From the NCBI RefSeq assembly GCF_006345805.1, contig NC_042999.1, forward strand, positions 17,608,001 to 17,672,000: a stretch of 64,000 nt of DNA. Reading direction: 5' to 3'. The notes under the pieces were generated by a model that was not told the DNA's origin, made no database searches, and saw nothing but the letters and a program-made list of their open reading frames with translations. Numbering within the stretch: position 1 is the first letter of the stretch; every line of letters begins with the position of its first letter. Made by a program: the position numbers and the translations under genes. This DNA is from Octopus sinensis. Taxonomy: Eukaryota. Below, one piece after another: positions 40,284-53,668 of the stretch.

Positions 40284-40484
40284 CAGACAACAATATTTGT
40301 AACTCACACACGGCAAAAAAAAAAAAAGAAAAACAATGAAATCAAGCAGTCTTCGATTAATTATGGACGTACGTTACTGGATTAGAACCATAAAATTCAT
40401 TTCCTTCATCGACATAATATTTCGATAAATAAATCTAGAACTCTTTTTTTTCTGCCATATGTGAGTTACAAATATTGTTGTCTG
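40284..40484. repeat. Inverted repeat, 25 bp perfect (about 45 bp imperfect)
   Basis: cagacaacaatatttgtaactcaca (40284-40308) / tgtgagttacaaatattgttgtctg (40460-40484). Confidence 0.85.
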
Positions 40485-41689
40485 AGATTTTAAGAGGTTT
40501 CATGTGAGTTGTAGAAAAATATCTAAAATTAACAGCCTCCTAATTATTGCATTTCTCATTGACTAACATCATCCATCTTCACATTCAAAAACGTGCTTTC
40601 AGAAGTTAATTGTGTATATTGTGTGTCATTTGTTATATTAAAATAAATGTAGCATTTTACTGTTTCTATGGACAACACTGCGAATATATTAGTAGTTCTC
40701 AATCTTCGTTATAATATTTATGCGCCTCTTTCAGTAATTATTTTTGGTTTGTTTCCATAGCTACACCTTTTCTTTACACTATTTAAATGTAATCTATACC
40801 TGTATACTTGCAAAATATAGAATTTTCACTGAACTTCATTATTATTTTAAGTTACTATTTCTATTGTTTTTTCACTACACGAAGCATATATTGCTTTTCT
40901 TAATAACTTTACTTTAAAATACAATTTACAAATTATTTTTAATTTGTTCAACAAACGCACAGTAACGATATATACATGCTAAAGTACTATATATTGTAGC
41001 AACAAACGTACAGTTGGTAAAATACATACTATAACACCGCATTTCATTATAAGCAGGACGTGACTGGTTTGACGTTCATGTCTTTATAATTAACTCCAAT
41101 TTACTGTTAATATTCTGCTGCACATCGCTACGTGATTTATATTACTGTCTCCGTGTTGATGACTTGTATGATGGCTCCAAGAACAAGTGGATCTCAGAAT
41201 AGAGAATGATTTGTTAATTTAACAAATATATTTTACGTTAGCAAAGTGGTTGAATTTTAGAAAATATTTTATGAAAATATCTTTAAATATATGAATATGA
41301 TCGTTATCGATCTTTAGAATGTTTCTTATTTGCCAATAGACGATATTTAGAAATGTTCTCAATACAAAATGGACTTTTAAACTGTTGCGTGGAGGCCCCC
41401 AGACGATGAAGTAGAGGGAGAAGTCTCGACGTCAAAAAGAGAGTAGCGGTTGAGAGCTGAGCAGAGTAGAGGTCATCCAAACGTACGACATAACAGAAAC
41501 GTTAGTTTAGAGTAAGGTGAGCAGGTAATACACACTACCCAGACATCATACTCTGAGCCATATTAACCCAGTGTCTATCGGTATAGGAAGGCTAATTATT
41601 AATAGCATCGAGAAGAGCTTGAATGTTATAAAATTACACCGGACTGCATGTTTAACTAAATGTATTATTGTACTTAAAGCATATCTTTA

Positions 41690-42450
41690 TTATTCTATTA
41701 TAATTGGCGCAAAATAAAAAGGGAGTGTTTCTAAAATTGCGAAAATATTCTTTATTGAGATATTCCTTATATTTGATCTCTATATATTTGATTTTGCCGC
41801 TTTGCTGTATTCTCAAGTATTTAGCTTTCTTCAACATGAAATGATTTATATTCTCATAATCATGCATATTTACTCCAGTACTTTTAAGGAACGTTTCTCC
41901 ACTTTATTCTTCGCATAGCTCATTTCTCGATTCCGAAAGTAATCCCTGTGTCACTACTAAATAACCTTACGTTTTGCACGAAAGAGTCCCGTTGGTTCTT
42001 ATAATTGACATGGAGATTAAATCATCCGTAAATATCAGATGATTTATTTCTCCACTTTATTTTCTCAGTGATTATAATACCTTAACTTTGTATTATATAA
42101 TCGACAAAAAGAACAATGCGATTACTAACAAAATAAATTTGGAAGGTTGTACCTTTGATATTTCCCTCAGGATCTCTATGTATACTAATCTCACTCCTCT
42201 AGTTGCTAACATTTCTTTTCAAAATCTCTATGCATTTTCTAACTGCCAACCAATGATGTTCGAGATTTGAATTGTTTTCGGCATCGCGTGATCCATGTGT
42301 TTTAGACAGGAGCGCAAGTTTTCTACACTTGATGTACGTGTTGCATATATTTATGAAATTCATTCTCATAGCCATCTTGTCGATAATCAACTTCTTCGTT
42401 CTTCCTCTTTTCCCAAGGGCTTTTCTGCTCGTTAGTTGCTAGGTGACATT
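41690..42450 (-). pseudogene. Decayed reverse transcriptase of R4/Dong-clade non-LTR retrotransposon
   Basis: With frameshifts and stops: NEQK, LIIDKM, INHLIFTDDL (42018-42047), DSFVQNVRLFSSDTGITFGIEK*A, KYLRI, KEYFR; matches the R4/Dong pattern INHLLFMDDL..TVRIFS.DIGMEFGIEKCA..YKYLGI. Confidence 0.75.
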
Positions 42451-42484
42451 GATATATTCTGAACATTACCAACCATATTTTGTT

Positions 42485-43085
42485 GCTGTTGTTATTAATT
42501 ATTCTTTTTATCTCAGGTTCTGTTGTTTCTTCCGGAGACTTACATGCGTAGCAGGTCTGCTGCCAACGGTTTCATGCCATCTGTTCTTTTCAACTATCTA
42601 ATACTTTCCTAAATATCATTTCTACTGGGCACTCTATTCTTATTTAATTTATAGTCTTTTGGTTGTCATCTAATACTGTTCCTAAGGAATCAGCGATAAT
42701 TGACACTGTCTTCATCTTCATTTTCCATAGCCGGGCAACTTCGTACTGAAGAGGGTTTCATTTATCTATTTCTTCGCCTTCTTGACTGTTCGTAGGTCAA
42801 AGGGACACGCAACATCAACTATATAGGACATGTGGTGCATCGTGTGGACCACCACTAGGTCTGGTCTGTTATGATTCTAGCACTTGGTTTGTTTGGATGG
42901 GGAAATCCCAGATGATTTTGCAATTCTCCAACTGCGCCACTGTCTGCGGTTTTTGCTCATACCCGTATTGCCTCTCTGTAACCCCTATTTTCGCAGTTTC
43001 CAGGGTAACACTTTCGCTATCTTATTGTGTTGTCACAGCTTGTAGTGGTTTGGGGCAATGGTTTCGTCCACTCTATTAGCGATTC
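42485..43085 (-). mobile_element. R4/Dong-clade 3' fragment: restriction-like endonuclease plus 3'UTR
   Basis: QHNKIAKVLPWKL, YEQKPQTVAQLENCKIIWDFPIQTNQVLE, HNRPDLVVV, YIVDVACPFD, LQYEVARLWK; stop at 42590-42592; ends in AAT/AAC repeats. Confidence 0.85.
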
Positions 43086-43103
43086 GTTACAGCGGAGACT
43101 CTT

Positions 43104-43272
43104 ACTGTTATTACTACAAATACCACTACTACTACGACTACTACTAATATTATTATTACTATTATTACTATTATTATTACTATTGTTATTATTATTATTA
43201 GTAGTATTATTATTATTACGATCATCTCCATCATCGTCGTCGTCATCATCATCATCATCGTCATCATCATAC
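43104..43272. repeat. (TTA/CTA)n then (CAT)n microsatellite
   Basis: Direct reading. Confidence 0.9.
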
Positions 43273-43296
43273 ATTACAGTGTGAGTTACATTGTAT

Positions 43297-43597
43297 CTAA
43301 ATGAAGAGGCATTGACGAGGAATATGAAAGGCACCCATAAGTATGATCTTTTTAATTAAATCCCTTATTTTGGGCCTGCTAGAGATTTGGTCTACGTACT
43401 TTGCTGCTCCCCCTTGATATCATTCCGAAACACTCCAATAACAATAAGTAATATTATTCTGTTGCGGTGCCACTTTCTTCCGATTACAATCTCCAGTTCA
43501 TTATATTTGCACAGTTTTATCAAACGTTTTCAGGCATCTGTTATTTCGGCTGCAACATCGATCAAAAGGCAAATTGTTTCAATATGATTTGTTCAGA
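43297..43597 (-). mobile_element. Second R4/Dong-type endonuclease fragment (different subfamily)
   Basis: TICLLIDVAA..IKLCKYNELEIVIGRKW..LIVIGVF/frameshift/..KYVDQI..IKKIILMGAFHIPR, matching the endonuclease C-terminus CLLIDVA..KYKDLEIEI.RMW..VIGALG..QK..L.GTAHILR. Confidence 0.75.
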
Positions 43598-43611
43598 AGA
43601 AAACTCTTTCG

Positions 43612-43817
43612 TATTATTATTACTATTATTATTATTATTATTATGATTATTGTTATTATTATTATTGTTATTATTATTATTGTTATTATTACTATTATTA
43701 TTATTATTGTTGTTATTATTATTATTGTTATTATTATTGTTATTATCATCATCATCATCATCATTATTATTATTATTGTTATTATTGTTATTATTATTAT
43801 TGTTATCATTTTTATTG

Positions 43818-43858
<41 letters not shown>

Positions 43859-43954
43859 GTTGTTGTTAATATTATCATTGTTATTATTATTATTATCATT
43901 ATTACCATTATTATTATTATCATTATTATTATCATTATTATTGTTATTATTATT

Positions 43955-43993
<39 letters not shown>
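43612..43993. repeat. Long (TTA)n-dominated microsatellite
   Basis: Direct reading; forms the 3' flank of the 43994-44106 fragment. Confidence 0.95.
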
Positions 43994-44106
43994 GATACTT
44001 TTCATCACAGGTTTTGTTGAAACACCTGAAGCCTTGCATGCGTAGCGGTCTTGCTACATGCTGCCTACGCTACCATACTATTCGTTCTCTTCAGCTATCT
44101 AATACT
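43994..44106 (-). mobile_element. Extreme 3' end (stop plus UTR) of the same R4/Dong-like family as 42485-43085
   Basis: Minus strand gtattagatagctgaagagaac..gctacgcatg..aacctgtgat.aaaag matches gtattagatagttgaaaagaac..gctacgcatg..aacctgagataaaaag at 42500-42606. Confidence 0.75.
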
Positions 44107-44338
44107 TACCTGATTATTCTGGCCTATTATTGTTGTCGGTCTTCTTCTTCATCTTCTTCATCTTCTTCTTCCTCTTATTATTATTTTCTTGATTTTTTGA
44201 TGTTTATCACTATTATTATTTGTAAATTTAATTTATAATATATATGAGAACACATACATTTTCCCACCCAAAATGTCTATCAAACCTCTAAATATGCCAC
44301 TCGTTTAAACACTGTAATAGCAAACGAAAATATACAAC

Positions 44339-44700
44339 ACAGGAGTGGCTGTGTGGTAAGTAGCTTGTTTACCAACCACATGGTTCTGGGTTCAGTCCCA
44401 CTGCGTGGCAATAGTCTCGGGCCGACCAAAGCCTTGTGAGTGGATTTGGTTAACTGAAACTGAAAGAAGACCGTCGTATATATGTATATATATATGTATG
44501 TGCGTGTTTGTTTGTATGTCTGTGTTTCTCCCCCTAGCATTGCTTCACAACCGATGCTGGTGTGTTTATGTCCCCGTCCCTTAGCGGTTCGGCAAAAGTG
44601 ACCGATAGAATAAGTACTGGGCTTACAAAGAATAAGTCCCGGGGTCAATTTGCTCGATTAAATGACTGAAACAAGTAAAAAGAGAGAGAAAGAGAAAGAG
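44339..44700 (+). mobile_element. Family-B SINE with internal deletions
   Basis: caggagtggctgtgtggtaagtagcttg..ggttcagtcccactgcgtggca..tgactgaaacaagtaaaaagag. Confidence 0.9.
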
Positions 44701-45632
44701 AACACAAGCCGAAATTAGGCAAATGAAGGTGCAGAAATAATGTGTAAATGAACAGTGTAGTGAAAATTGATATATCAAGACCAGTAGATTGAAAACTAAC
44801 GATATAGCTACAACTCCGAATCAAATTACAGAATTATTATGATTCTACTTTTTTTATATAGAAACATCTGACAAGGATAACTGTGGAAGAGACACACCAA
44901 CAGTTTTCTTTATTTATTTACGTCTTTATACTTGTCTTAATAGTTCTCAGTTCAAGTGAAGCTGCTAGATACTTTGATCTCTGCACAGCCTAAATCATTT
45001 CAATACACTTCACTTGTTGAGATCGACTACATTTCTTTTCCAAGTTATGCATCCTTGTAACTAATGCTGCAAATAATAAATAACTCCGACAAAAATGATA
45101 TTTACATAAAGTTAATGGAAATGTGAATATAAGAATGCTGTTCACGAGAGTGTGTACATAGTTTCCAGTATAATTTGTGTCGCACGTTTTCGTTTTACTT
45201 CTTTGATTTTCTTCGACTTTTTCTGTCTTTCTATATTCTCATTCGTCACTTAAAGAAATTTCAAGATTAACAATTAATATTGAAAATATAATATTTTATT
45301 GTCTGTGTTATCAAGAGGAAACATTTTAAAGACAATTTAATATACATTTGAAAAGATAAATCACAATGTAAATTATAATTCATTGTTAGGTTGCTTCAAA
45401 ATTATCGGTGAAATAAAAGTTTTTTTTTAAAAATACGCTGCAGTTAACTTTTTACAATCGAAAAAGAGAAGCATACGCACGTAAGTAATAATATATGTTC
45501 TGTGTATAGGAATACTTTATGTGTATGTATATATGGAAGTTTATTCATATTTATATAACACGTAACACAATTATTTTGTCATAATTCAACACTCCAATAG
45601 ACTATTTTCATATCTTAATTATCTTTAACAAT

Positions 45633-46003
45633 GTCATCATCGTCATCATGTACATAATCATCATCGTCACCATTATCATCATCATCATCATCATCAACGT
45701 CATCATCATCATCATCATCGTCGTTGTCGTCGTCATCGTCATCATCGTCGTCATCATCATCATCATCGTCATCGTCGTCGTCATCATCATCATCATCAAC
45801 GTCATCATCATCGTCATCATCATCATCATCAACGTCATCATCATCATCAACGTCATTATCATCATCGTCATCATCATCATCATCATCACTATCACTATCA
45901 TCATCATCATCATCGTCGTCGTCGTAATCATCATCATCATCATCATCGTGGACGTCGTCGTTATCGTCGGCGTTGTCGTCTTCGCCCACACCGTCGCCGT
46001 CAT
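45633..46003. repeat. (CAT/CGT)n trinucleotide repeat
   Basis: Direct reading; produces the poly-D/M/S ORFs. Confidence 0.95.
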
Positions 46004-47605
46004 TCACACTGTCATTGATTTCTTTCAATTTGTAAATGTTCTTTGTTTCTCTTATATATATATATTTTTTAAAAATCTATAATTGTTTTACTTCCTTGTC
46101 TGGAAATTTCATTGATTTTCGCAAATATCAATTTCAATGCAAGACATTAAATATTTGACATTCAAGTTCAATACAGCTCAATGTTGTAAAGCATTTTACC
46201 TATATAAACCGCATGACATCCATACGTATAATCAACATGCATGAGGCGGATTTCTTTTCAAAGTAAGTCTACAGTTCATATTCTCAAACCTTATCTTTAT
46301 CAATGACATCGGCATCATCATGTACATCATCATCATCCATAACGATTAACCATAAAATTAACAAGCGAGACCGCACTTCATTTGTTTTTCTCGCATAAAT
46401 TCCAAGTTTCCGAATGCTGTATTTTTCGTTTATTAAAGGGCGGTGCGTTGTGCTCTTCATCAAAACCGTCCATCCCACGTTGCAAAGACACAGTATTTCA
46501 TTTTGAAATCACTATATACATCGTAAAACTTTAAAGGTTTATAAGTCAATATAGGGCCAATTAATTTTAGATCGTTTAAATTTGAGAATTTTCACGCTGG
46601 GAAACCAGTTTTGTCACACAAAGAAATACAACTATATTAGAAGCAGTATTAGATAAAAGTGTTTGCACCTTAAATGATTATTTTTTTGTATTACCTTTCT
46701 TATATGGATAATGTTGATTCTTTTAAATTTTCCAATATAATTTGTTCCGATTTTGTGCCCGATAGTGTAAATGGTTATTTCTAAAACTAATAAATCTCAT
46801 ATTAACTATGCATTTTATTCATGGTATTTGTATTTTTATCGTAAGTAAATGAATAAAGGATTTTTGTCAATACTAATTTATTCCGCATTATCACATCAGT
46901 TATGTATTTTGAATTATCTTTCTTAACTCTTTTTTTCATAAAAAAAGCAGAATTAACACGAGTTTATATCATCGGTTACTGCTTACAGGTTGAAGTGATT
47001 TGGAAAACGATGACGAACACACAATGACGACCCATTTCTCTCTTAATAAAGTGATAAATACATGTTGCTTCTAAGAATTTGTTCTTCATTACCATTCCTG
47101 TCTTTGGTTGACTTCAGTCAGGTTTCTTATAAAAAAGTATCTATATTTTCATGAAAAAATATGTATCTAGTGCCCGATAATGCTTAAAACCAATCATGCT
47201 TAAACGTGCCATGTAATCTATGCGACTCATCTTGGTTTTGAAACTGTTACCAATATTTTGTTAAAATTGTACGTAACTTTCACACATCCAAGAACAGCGG
47301 AGAGTATTACCTACCTCAAATCCAAAAGTTCGTAATAAATAACATAGCTATCAAATTCTATGTGAATATATTTACTGAGTGGTTGATATTATGAAATTAC
47401 CTACGCGCGTAGCCAACGCAACCTATACTAACATGTATAGGAGTTAATTCCATCTAGAAGCAATTTCCATATAGGTAATCTAGAGATAAACTGAACTGCC
47501 CTGTCCACCTTAATGTCGAGAGGATTTTGATTATCGCCATATCAGAAGTGATAGAGTAAACATTATTATCAAGTAATTTTGAACTTCAGTTCCTTTCATT
47601 GTATA

Positions 47606-47991
47606 CTAGCAGTATCGCCCGGCGTTGCTCGGGTTTGTAAGGGAAATAACTATAAAGCATTTTTAGAGAGTTATAGCCAAAAAATAGCAAAAAAATGGGG
47701 AAAAAAATGATGGTAAATTTTTTTTTGATAGTTAAAAAGGTCGAGTTGCGTCCGCTAGACCATCTGTGGTTTGTGTTTCTGATTGTCGACCCCATGTCGA
47801 ATTTATCGATCTTTTTCAGAACTGGGGGAACTTTTCAAAATTTTCGCTGCGTTAGTTTTGAATTATGATATTGGGCTATGTGTGTGTCAAGTTTCATCAG
47901 AATCGGTTGAAAGCCGTGGTCAGGGTGAGGGTACAACCAAACAGACACACAGAAACACACACAGACAAACTGCCGTTTATATAGAGAGAGA
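47606..47991 (-). mobile_element. Non-autonomous Helitron, short variant
   Basis: Minus strand starts TC and ends cccgagcaacgccgggcgatactgCTAG; A|T target; homologous to the 24824 copy. Confidence 0.85.
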
Positions 47992-48948
47992 TGTAACTCT
48001 TATTACCCATGATTGTAAGATATTTCAGGTACAATTGAGAGTTATATGTAACTGGTCAATGGGGAACGTTGAATTCCATTCATTGGTACGTGATTAGGGA
48101 TTAAGTTCGAATCATATATAAGGGTAATTAAATATAATATTAAATGGTATTATCCTATGGGTTTCGTAGTGTGTAAAACAAATTAAATTGTGATATTTCG
48201 CGGAGATAGCAGGGGAAAATGACCCATTTTAAAATATCTTAAATAAGTGAATTTTATCTTGAAAAATTGGAATTTGGAAAACAACAGACACAAGACAATG
48301 CTTACTTTTCAATTCAAGCAATCTGAAATGCATAAAAGACTAATATTCTATTCAAATTATTAAAAATAATATGTACCTTAATAAAGAATCTCAACAGTCG
48401 AAAAATAGGTCCAAAGGAGCTAAAAGATATTTTGGAAAATAATTTACTAGACAACAAATTAGAGAACGCATAATGAATTGACATCACTGATTTAAAACCA
48501 TAAAACTTAGGACAGAAGTAAATATTTTCCTCAACATTTAAACAAATAATTTTATAGACATTGAAAAACTTCATAAAAAGATATTTCAATTGTGATTAGA
48601 AGATGAGTAGAACTTTTGTGAAACCGAAAATATAGCATCACGAAAGAATCTATAATTATCTTTCTAATTGCCCATCAGCTTAATATGAAACCCAACAGTT
48701 ACAATAGGTGGAAGATCAAATTGTGAAATTTATATTAATATATCTCAGATTTCAACGATAAGTTACAGAAGAGAACAACATTTTAATCTAAAATATCGTT
48801 GTTCATACTTAAGTGAAACCTTAATTTATATAACATCATATCATAAGTGTTGTGAGAATCATATCGATCAAACGACCCGCTGAAAAAATAACACGGAACA
48901 ATATACTCTGTTATACGGAAATTAATATATGACAATGATTAATTAACA

Positions 48949-49309
48949 CGGAGGCGCAATGGCCCAGTGGCTAGAGCAGCAGACTCACCGTCGGAGGATC
49001 AGGGTTTCGATTCCCAGACCGGGCGTTGTGTGTGTTTATTAAGTGAAAACACCTAAAGCTCCAGTGATCCCTGCTGTACTCTTTCGCCACAACTTTCTCT
49101 CACTCTTTCTTCCTTTTCTGTTGTACCTGTATTTCAAAGGGCCGGCCTTGTCACTCTCTGTGTCACGCTGAATATCCCCGAGAACTACGTTAAGGGTACA
49201 CGTGTCTGTGGAGTGCTCAGCCACTTACACGTTAATTTCACGAGCTGGCTGTTCCGTTGGTCGGATCAACCGGAACCCTCATCGTCGTAACCGACGGAGT
49301 ATTTCCAAA
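48949..49309 (+). mobile_element. Family-D SINE with tail type 3
   Basis: Family-D head; tail homologous to 37697-37875. Confidence 0.88.
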
Positions 49310-49319
49310 GAATTTAACA

Positions 49320-49636
49320 CGGAGGCGCAATGGCCCAGTGGCTAGAGCAGCAGACTCGCTGTCGGCGGATCAGGGTTTCGATTCCCAGACCGGGCGTTGT
49401 GTGTGTTTATTAAGTGAAAAAACCTGAAGCTCCACGAGACACTGGCAGGGGATGGTGGCGACCCCTGTTGTACTCTTTTGCCCCAATTTTCTCCCACTCT
49501 TTCTTCCTGTTTCTTGAGTAACGCTGCGATGGACTGGCGTCCCTTCCAGCTAGGTTGAACACATACATCACAGAAAACGGGAAACCAGTCCCATGAGCCT
49601 GGCTTGGCTTCAAAAGGGTGCATAAATAAAAGAAAA
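49320..49636 (+). mobile_element. Family-D SINE with tail type 1
   Basis: Homologous to the 32322 copy over its full length. Confidence 0.9.
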
Positions 49637-49669
49637 TTAATTCCCCCCCCCCCCCACACACACAGAATA

Positions 49670-50010
49670 TTCTTTTATTCTTCCATACGTCTACCTTCTT
49701 CAGTCGTTAGAGTGTGGCCATGCTGGAGTACCGCCTCGAAGAAATTTAATCGAATGAATCGTCCCCAATACTTATTTTGTAAGCCCCGTACTTATTCTGA
49801 CGTTCTATTTTGACGAACCACTTGGCTACAGGGATATTAACAAACCAACAAACATATACAAACACACCCACGGGTCGGCAAACACATACGAACTTACACA
49901 CAATCATATATACATAATCCTCTCACAAATCTTTTATCCGCCGGATGCTGTAATAGAATACACTTGCGGAAGGTGTCACGTAGTGGGAATGAACCCGGAA
50001 CAATTTGGCT
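49670..50010 (-). mobile_element. Old degenerate family-B SINE
   Basis: tggccatgctggag.accgcct, gtacttattct, cacttgc..aaggtg.cacg.agtggga.tgaacccggaac. Confidence 0.7.
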
Positions 50011-50044
50011 AATTAATTATAACTCCTACTTTAATTTAACTTTT

Positions 50045-50273
50045 TCTTTTATTCTTTCTTTTATTCTTTTTTTTTTTTGTTTCAGTAATTTGACTGCGGC
50101 CATGCTGAAGCACTTACTTTTAGTCGAGGAAATCGACCCCAAGACTTATTCTTTGCAAGACTAGTACTTCTTCTATCGCTCTCTCTTCCAGAACCGCTAA
50201 GTCACGTGGACATAAACACACCCGCATCGGTTGTCAAGCGATGTTGGGTGGACAAATACAGACATACAAGCAT

Positions 50274-50341
<68 letters not shown>

Positions 50342-50502
50342 GACGGGCTTCTTACAGTTTCCGTCTGCCATGTCCACTCACAAGTAATTGGTTGGCCCGA
50401 GGCTATAGTAGAAGACACTTGCCCAAGGTGACATGCAGTGGGACTGAACCCGGAACCATGTGGTTGGTTACCAAGCTACTTACCACACAGCCACTCCTGG
50501 CC
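50045..50502 (-). mobile_element. Family-B SINE, full length
   Basis: Collinear with the 14197-14615 copy; internal (CA)n(TA)n. Confidence 0.92.
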
Positions 50503-50860
50503 TATTACTGTCAATATTTTCTGAAAATATACTTTCATACTTCTTTGAATAGGTAACGTACATAGCAATACGTGTCTTGTTAACATGACAATTTGTAAAA
50601 TATATAAGTTATATCATAAACTTGAAAGCTATTACTAGTTTGTTCTCTAGACATTTTCCGGTCGATATGCAACAGGATATCTTACCTGAAGGCTAACAGC
50701 TAGATATCACACATGCACATAAAAATGATTTCCTTGCATCAGAATTGAAAGCAGCATGTAATAATGTGTTTTGGAACAATTTGATTGTCATAATATATTT
50801 TGCAATAATTTACCGAAATACAATACAAAGTGTGAATACAATTCTAAACTCTTCGCATAG

Positions 50861-50948
<88 letters not shown>

Positions 50949-53320
50949 CATGGTAGATAGAAAGATATAGCTGTATATATGCATATATGTATATATTAAT
51001 ATACACACGTATGTATATATATATATTTATATCTGTCTAGATAGATAGATTGATAGATAGATAAATAGATAGATTTACACATATATGCGTGTATTTACGT
51101 ATAATTATTTTTCCTCAAGTGTACCAAGCTAAAAGGTTTTTAAAGAACTAAAGCGTACATAAGCTCACAAGAGCACTCGTGCACATGGAACATATTCTCA
51201 CATACACATTTCCGAGTATTCGTGCAGTGATAATCAAAATTTATTGATTCAATTCCTAATACATATAGTTGTTGCATTCCTTATATTGACTTTTCCACAT
51301 GTGCATTTTCTTGTAGTTATATCGAACATCATAATGACCAGACTTGTACATGTATTACACATACATAAATTATGTTCTACGTTTCAAGTTTCAATTTTTG
51401 TCTTTGCATTCTATTTTCGAATGTAAGTATATAATTTAACCAATGAATTAAGGTCTTTAAATTTTTCTTCTTTTATTCACGATTAGCATAAATTCCAAAA
51501 ATAAAAATTAAATGAATTCTTTGTAAATTTCTTTAGAAGATTCGGCAAGAGGGTAAGTCATTTTACGCTTATAGATATAACGCCCATGTTAAAATGCTGA
51601 AGAAAATTTTCTGAGCTAATGACTTTCATAATGCAATTCTTTATTTGTAGCTTTCTCACAAGTTTTCTTTTAAAACAAATTGCTAAAATATTTACACTTC
51701 CATCCAAAATATTTCTTAATCATTTGATCCAATATACATCTCTAGTAGTTTTTATTCAATAATAATATTATAAATATTTTAGTGAAGAGAAATTTAGATT
51801 ACTCCAACAATGTGTAAAATTATTTTATTGTAATAATATTTAAGTCTTAATTGAGACTATGCACGTTCGTGGGTGCAGTGAAATACAATACACCCAATAA
51901 CTTTAGCCGAAAATGCAGCCGAAAATTCTCATATCATTTGCTTAAACCCAGACAATAACCATATTTATCACATGGTTCTAAATTGTTAAGATAGTTTTAA
52001 GATTTGCTCACGTGTGAAGAAAACCTGAAATCAAGTTTGCGTGAGAAATTGTGGTGTGTAGACTATGAAACTTTATCTTCAGTCCCGGCAAAGTTCTCGG
52101 CCCAAAAGTCTCGGACTAGTTAGTTTCGTCCCATTTCTGTAAAGTTACGCCCTGTGTTACAGACATCACATTGTCAAATTTCCTGAAAAGTTCCTCCGTG
52201 GATTATGAAAAAATAAGTATTATAGTTTGAATCGGAATTTACTGACACTAAAACGAGATGGTGATTTTTGGACGAAAAATTGATAATTATTCATGTATCG
52301 GAAATATCATTTTAATGATTGACGTTTTATTTGAATTTAGATGAAATGTCATTTTTATCTTGTTTAGGATCGCGGTCAAGTTCAGACAAAAACAATATCA
52401 ATCATTTTAATATCGATTTAAGAGATCGAACGCTAATAGACTTTCCAAAACATTTTTTGTACGAATGATTGATTTAGCAAAACATATTTATATAACCAAC
52501 ACATGAATATAATAAATTTTACAATATAATAAACATCATTTGGACAGAGATCATTCGGGAGATGACCGCTTGGCATTTAAATCTCATTCCGCACATTTTC
52601 ATCTAGATTCATCATTGTCTATTTCATTATATTTAGATATTATTGTGGAACTATTAAGCTGCCATATGCTTGTGAAATAAATACACATACAATTCTTCTA
52701 TGAGTTTCTTATAATTTTGTATATTTTATGTATTTACAAAATGAATTAAAGAGATATAACAAATCGGAACAGCGTAGCACAAAAGGTCATTAAACAATTT
52801 TTTGTGAACTACAATATCATATTTAACGTAAATTAAAACAGTTAATTTCTGTATGATTGGCTAATTGACAGGAACAAACTTATAAGTAAAAGAAATCTTG
52901 AACTTTAAAAACGTGCCAAAATATCGGTAAGGTTTTCAAAGATATAAATCATGAAACCAAAGCGAATAGAATACTTTTATAAAAAAGATATCGTATCAGA
53001 CAAATGAAATTCCGTTCTCATTTTGTATCATAGAGAGAAATAAAATAACCGGGTTTCACTGCTTGGAATTAAACAATAGCAATAAACATTTCTGAAATGA
53101 TTATTTTCAAATGTAATAATTCGTAGGTAATAAGTCTGATTTTAAGATATATGGTAAATCTACTTTTGAAATAGGATATATGAAGCTTATTGCCCATAAT
53201 ATTTACTGTAATTTGCAGATGAAGTCATGTGTAAGCGGGTATATTTAGAGTTACTTGAAGAACGATGACAGCTGAAACGTGCTTTTTATACATGTAATAC
53301 CTGGAAATAAACAGACAGCA

Positions 53321-53359
<39 letters not shown>

Positions 53360-53361
<2 letters not shown>

Positions 53362-53628
53362 ATATTAATTAGAGACAAAACCACTATTATGCAAATCAAA
53401 CAAAGAAAGACTTAATCCATACATGAAAAATTTTATATAAATCTTAATTATATTTAATTTATATAATTTTTTTATGTATTGGATTAAGTCTTTCTTTGTT
53501 TGATTTGCATAATAGTGGTTTTGCCTCTAATTATATTATATTATATTTTACTATAAAATTGGATTCAATCCTAAATCTGATTTTTCCCTGTAAATTTGGA
53601 TTTATTCCCTAATATTTATTATTATTAT

Positions 53629-53630
<2 letters not shown>
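53360..53630. mobile_element. Family-C Penelope-like fold-back element
   Basis: Arms ~53367-53442 and ~53457-53532 plus an extension that is the reverse complement of 29131-29215; embedded in (TA)n. Confidence 0.8.

Positions 53631-53668
<38 letters not shown>

Noticed and set aside
43562-44045. Poly-N/I/L ORFs
   Set aside because: Translations of the (TTA)n microsatellite.
45615-46028. 137-aa poly-Asp ORF (possible acidic biomineralisation-type protein)
   Set aside because: Translation of a (GAT/GAC)n microsatellite; several frames are open; no signal peptide or splice evidence.
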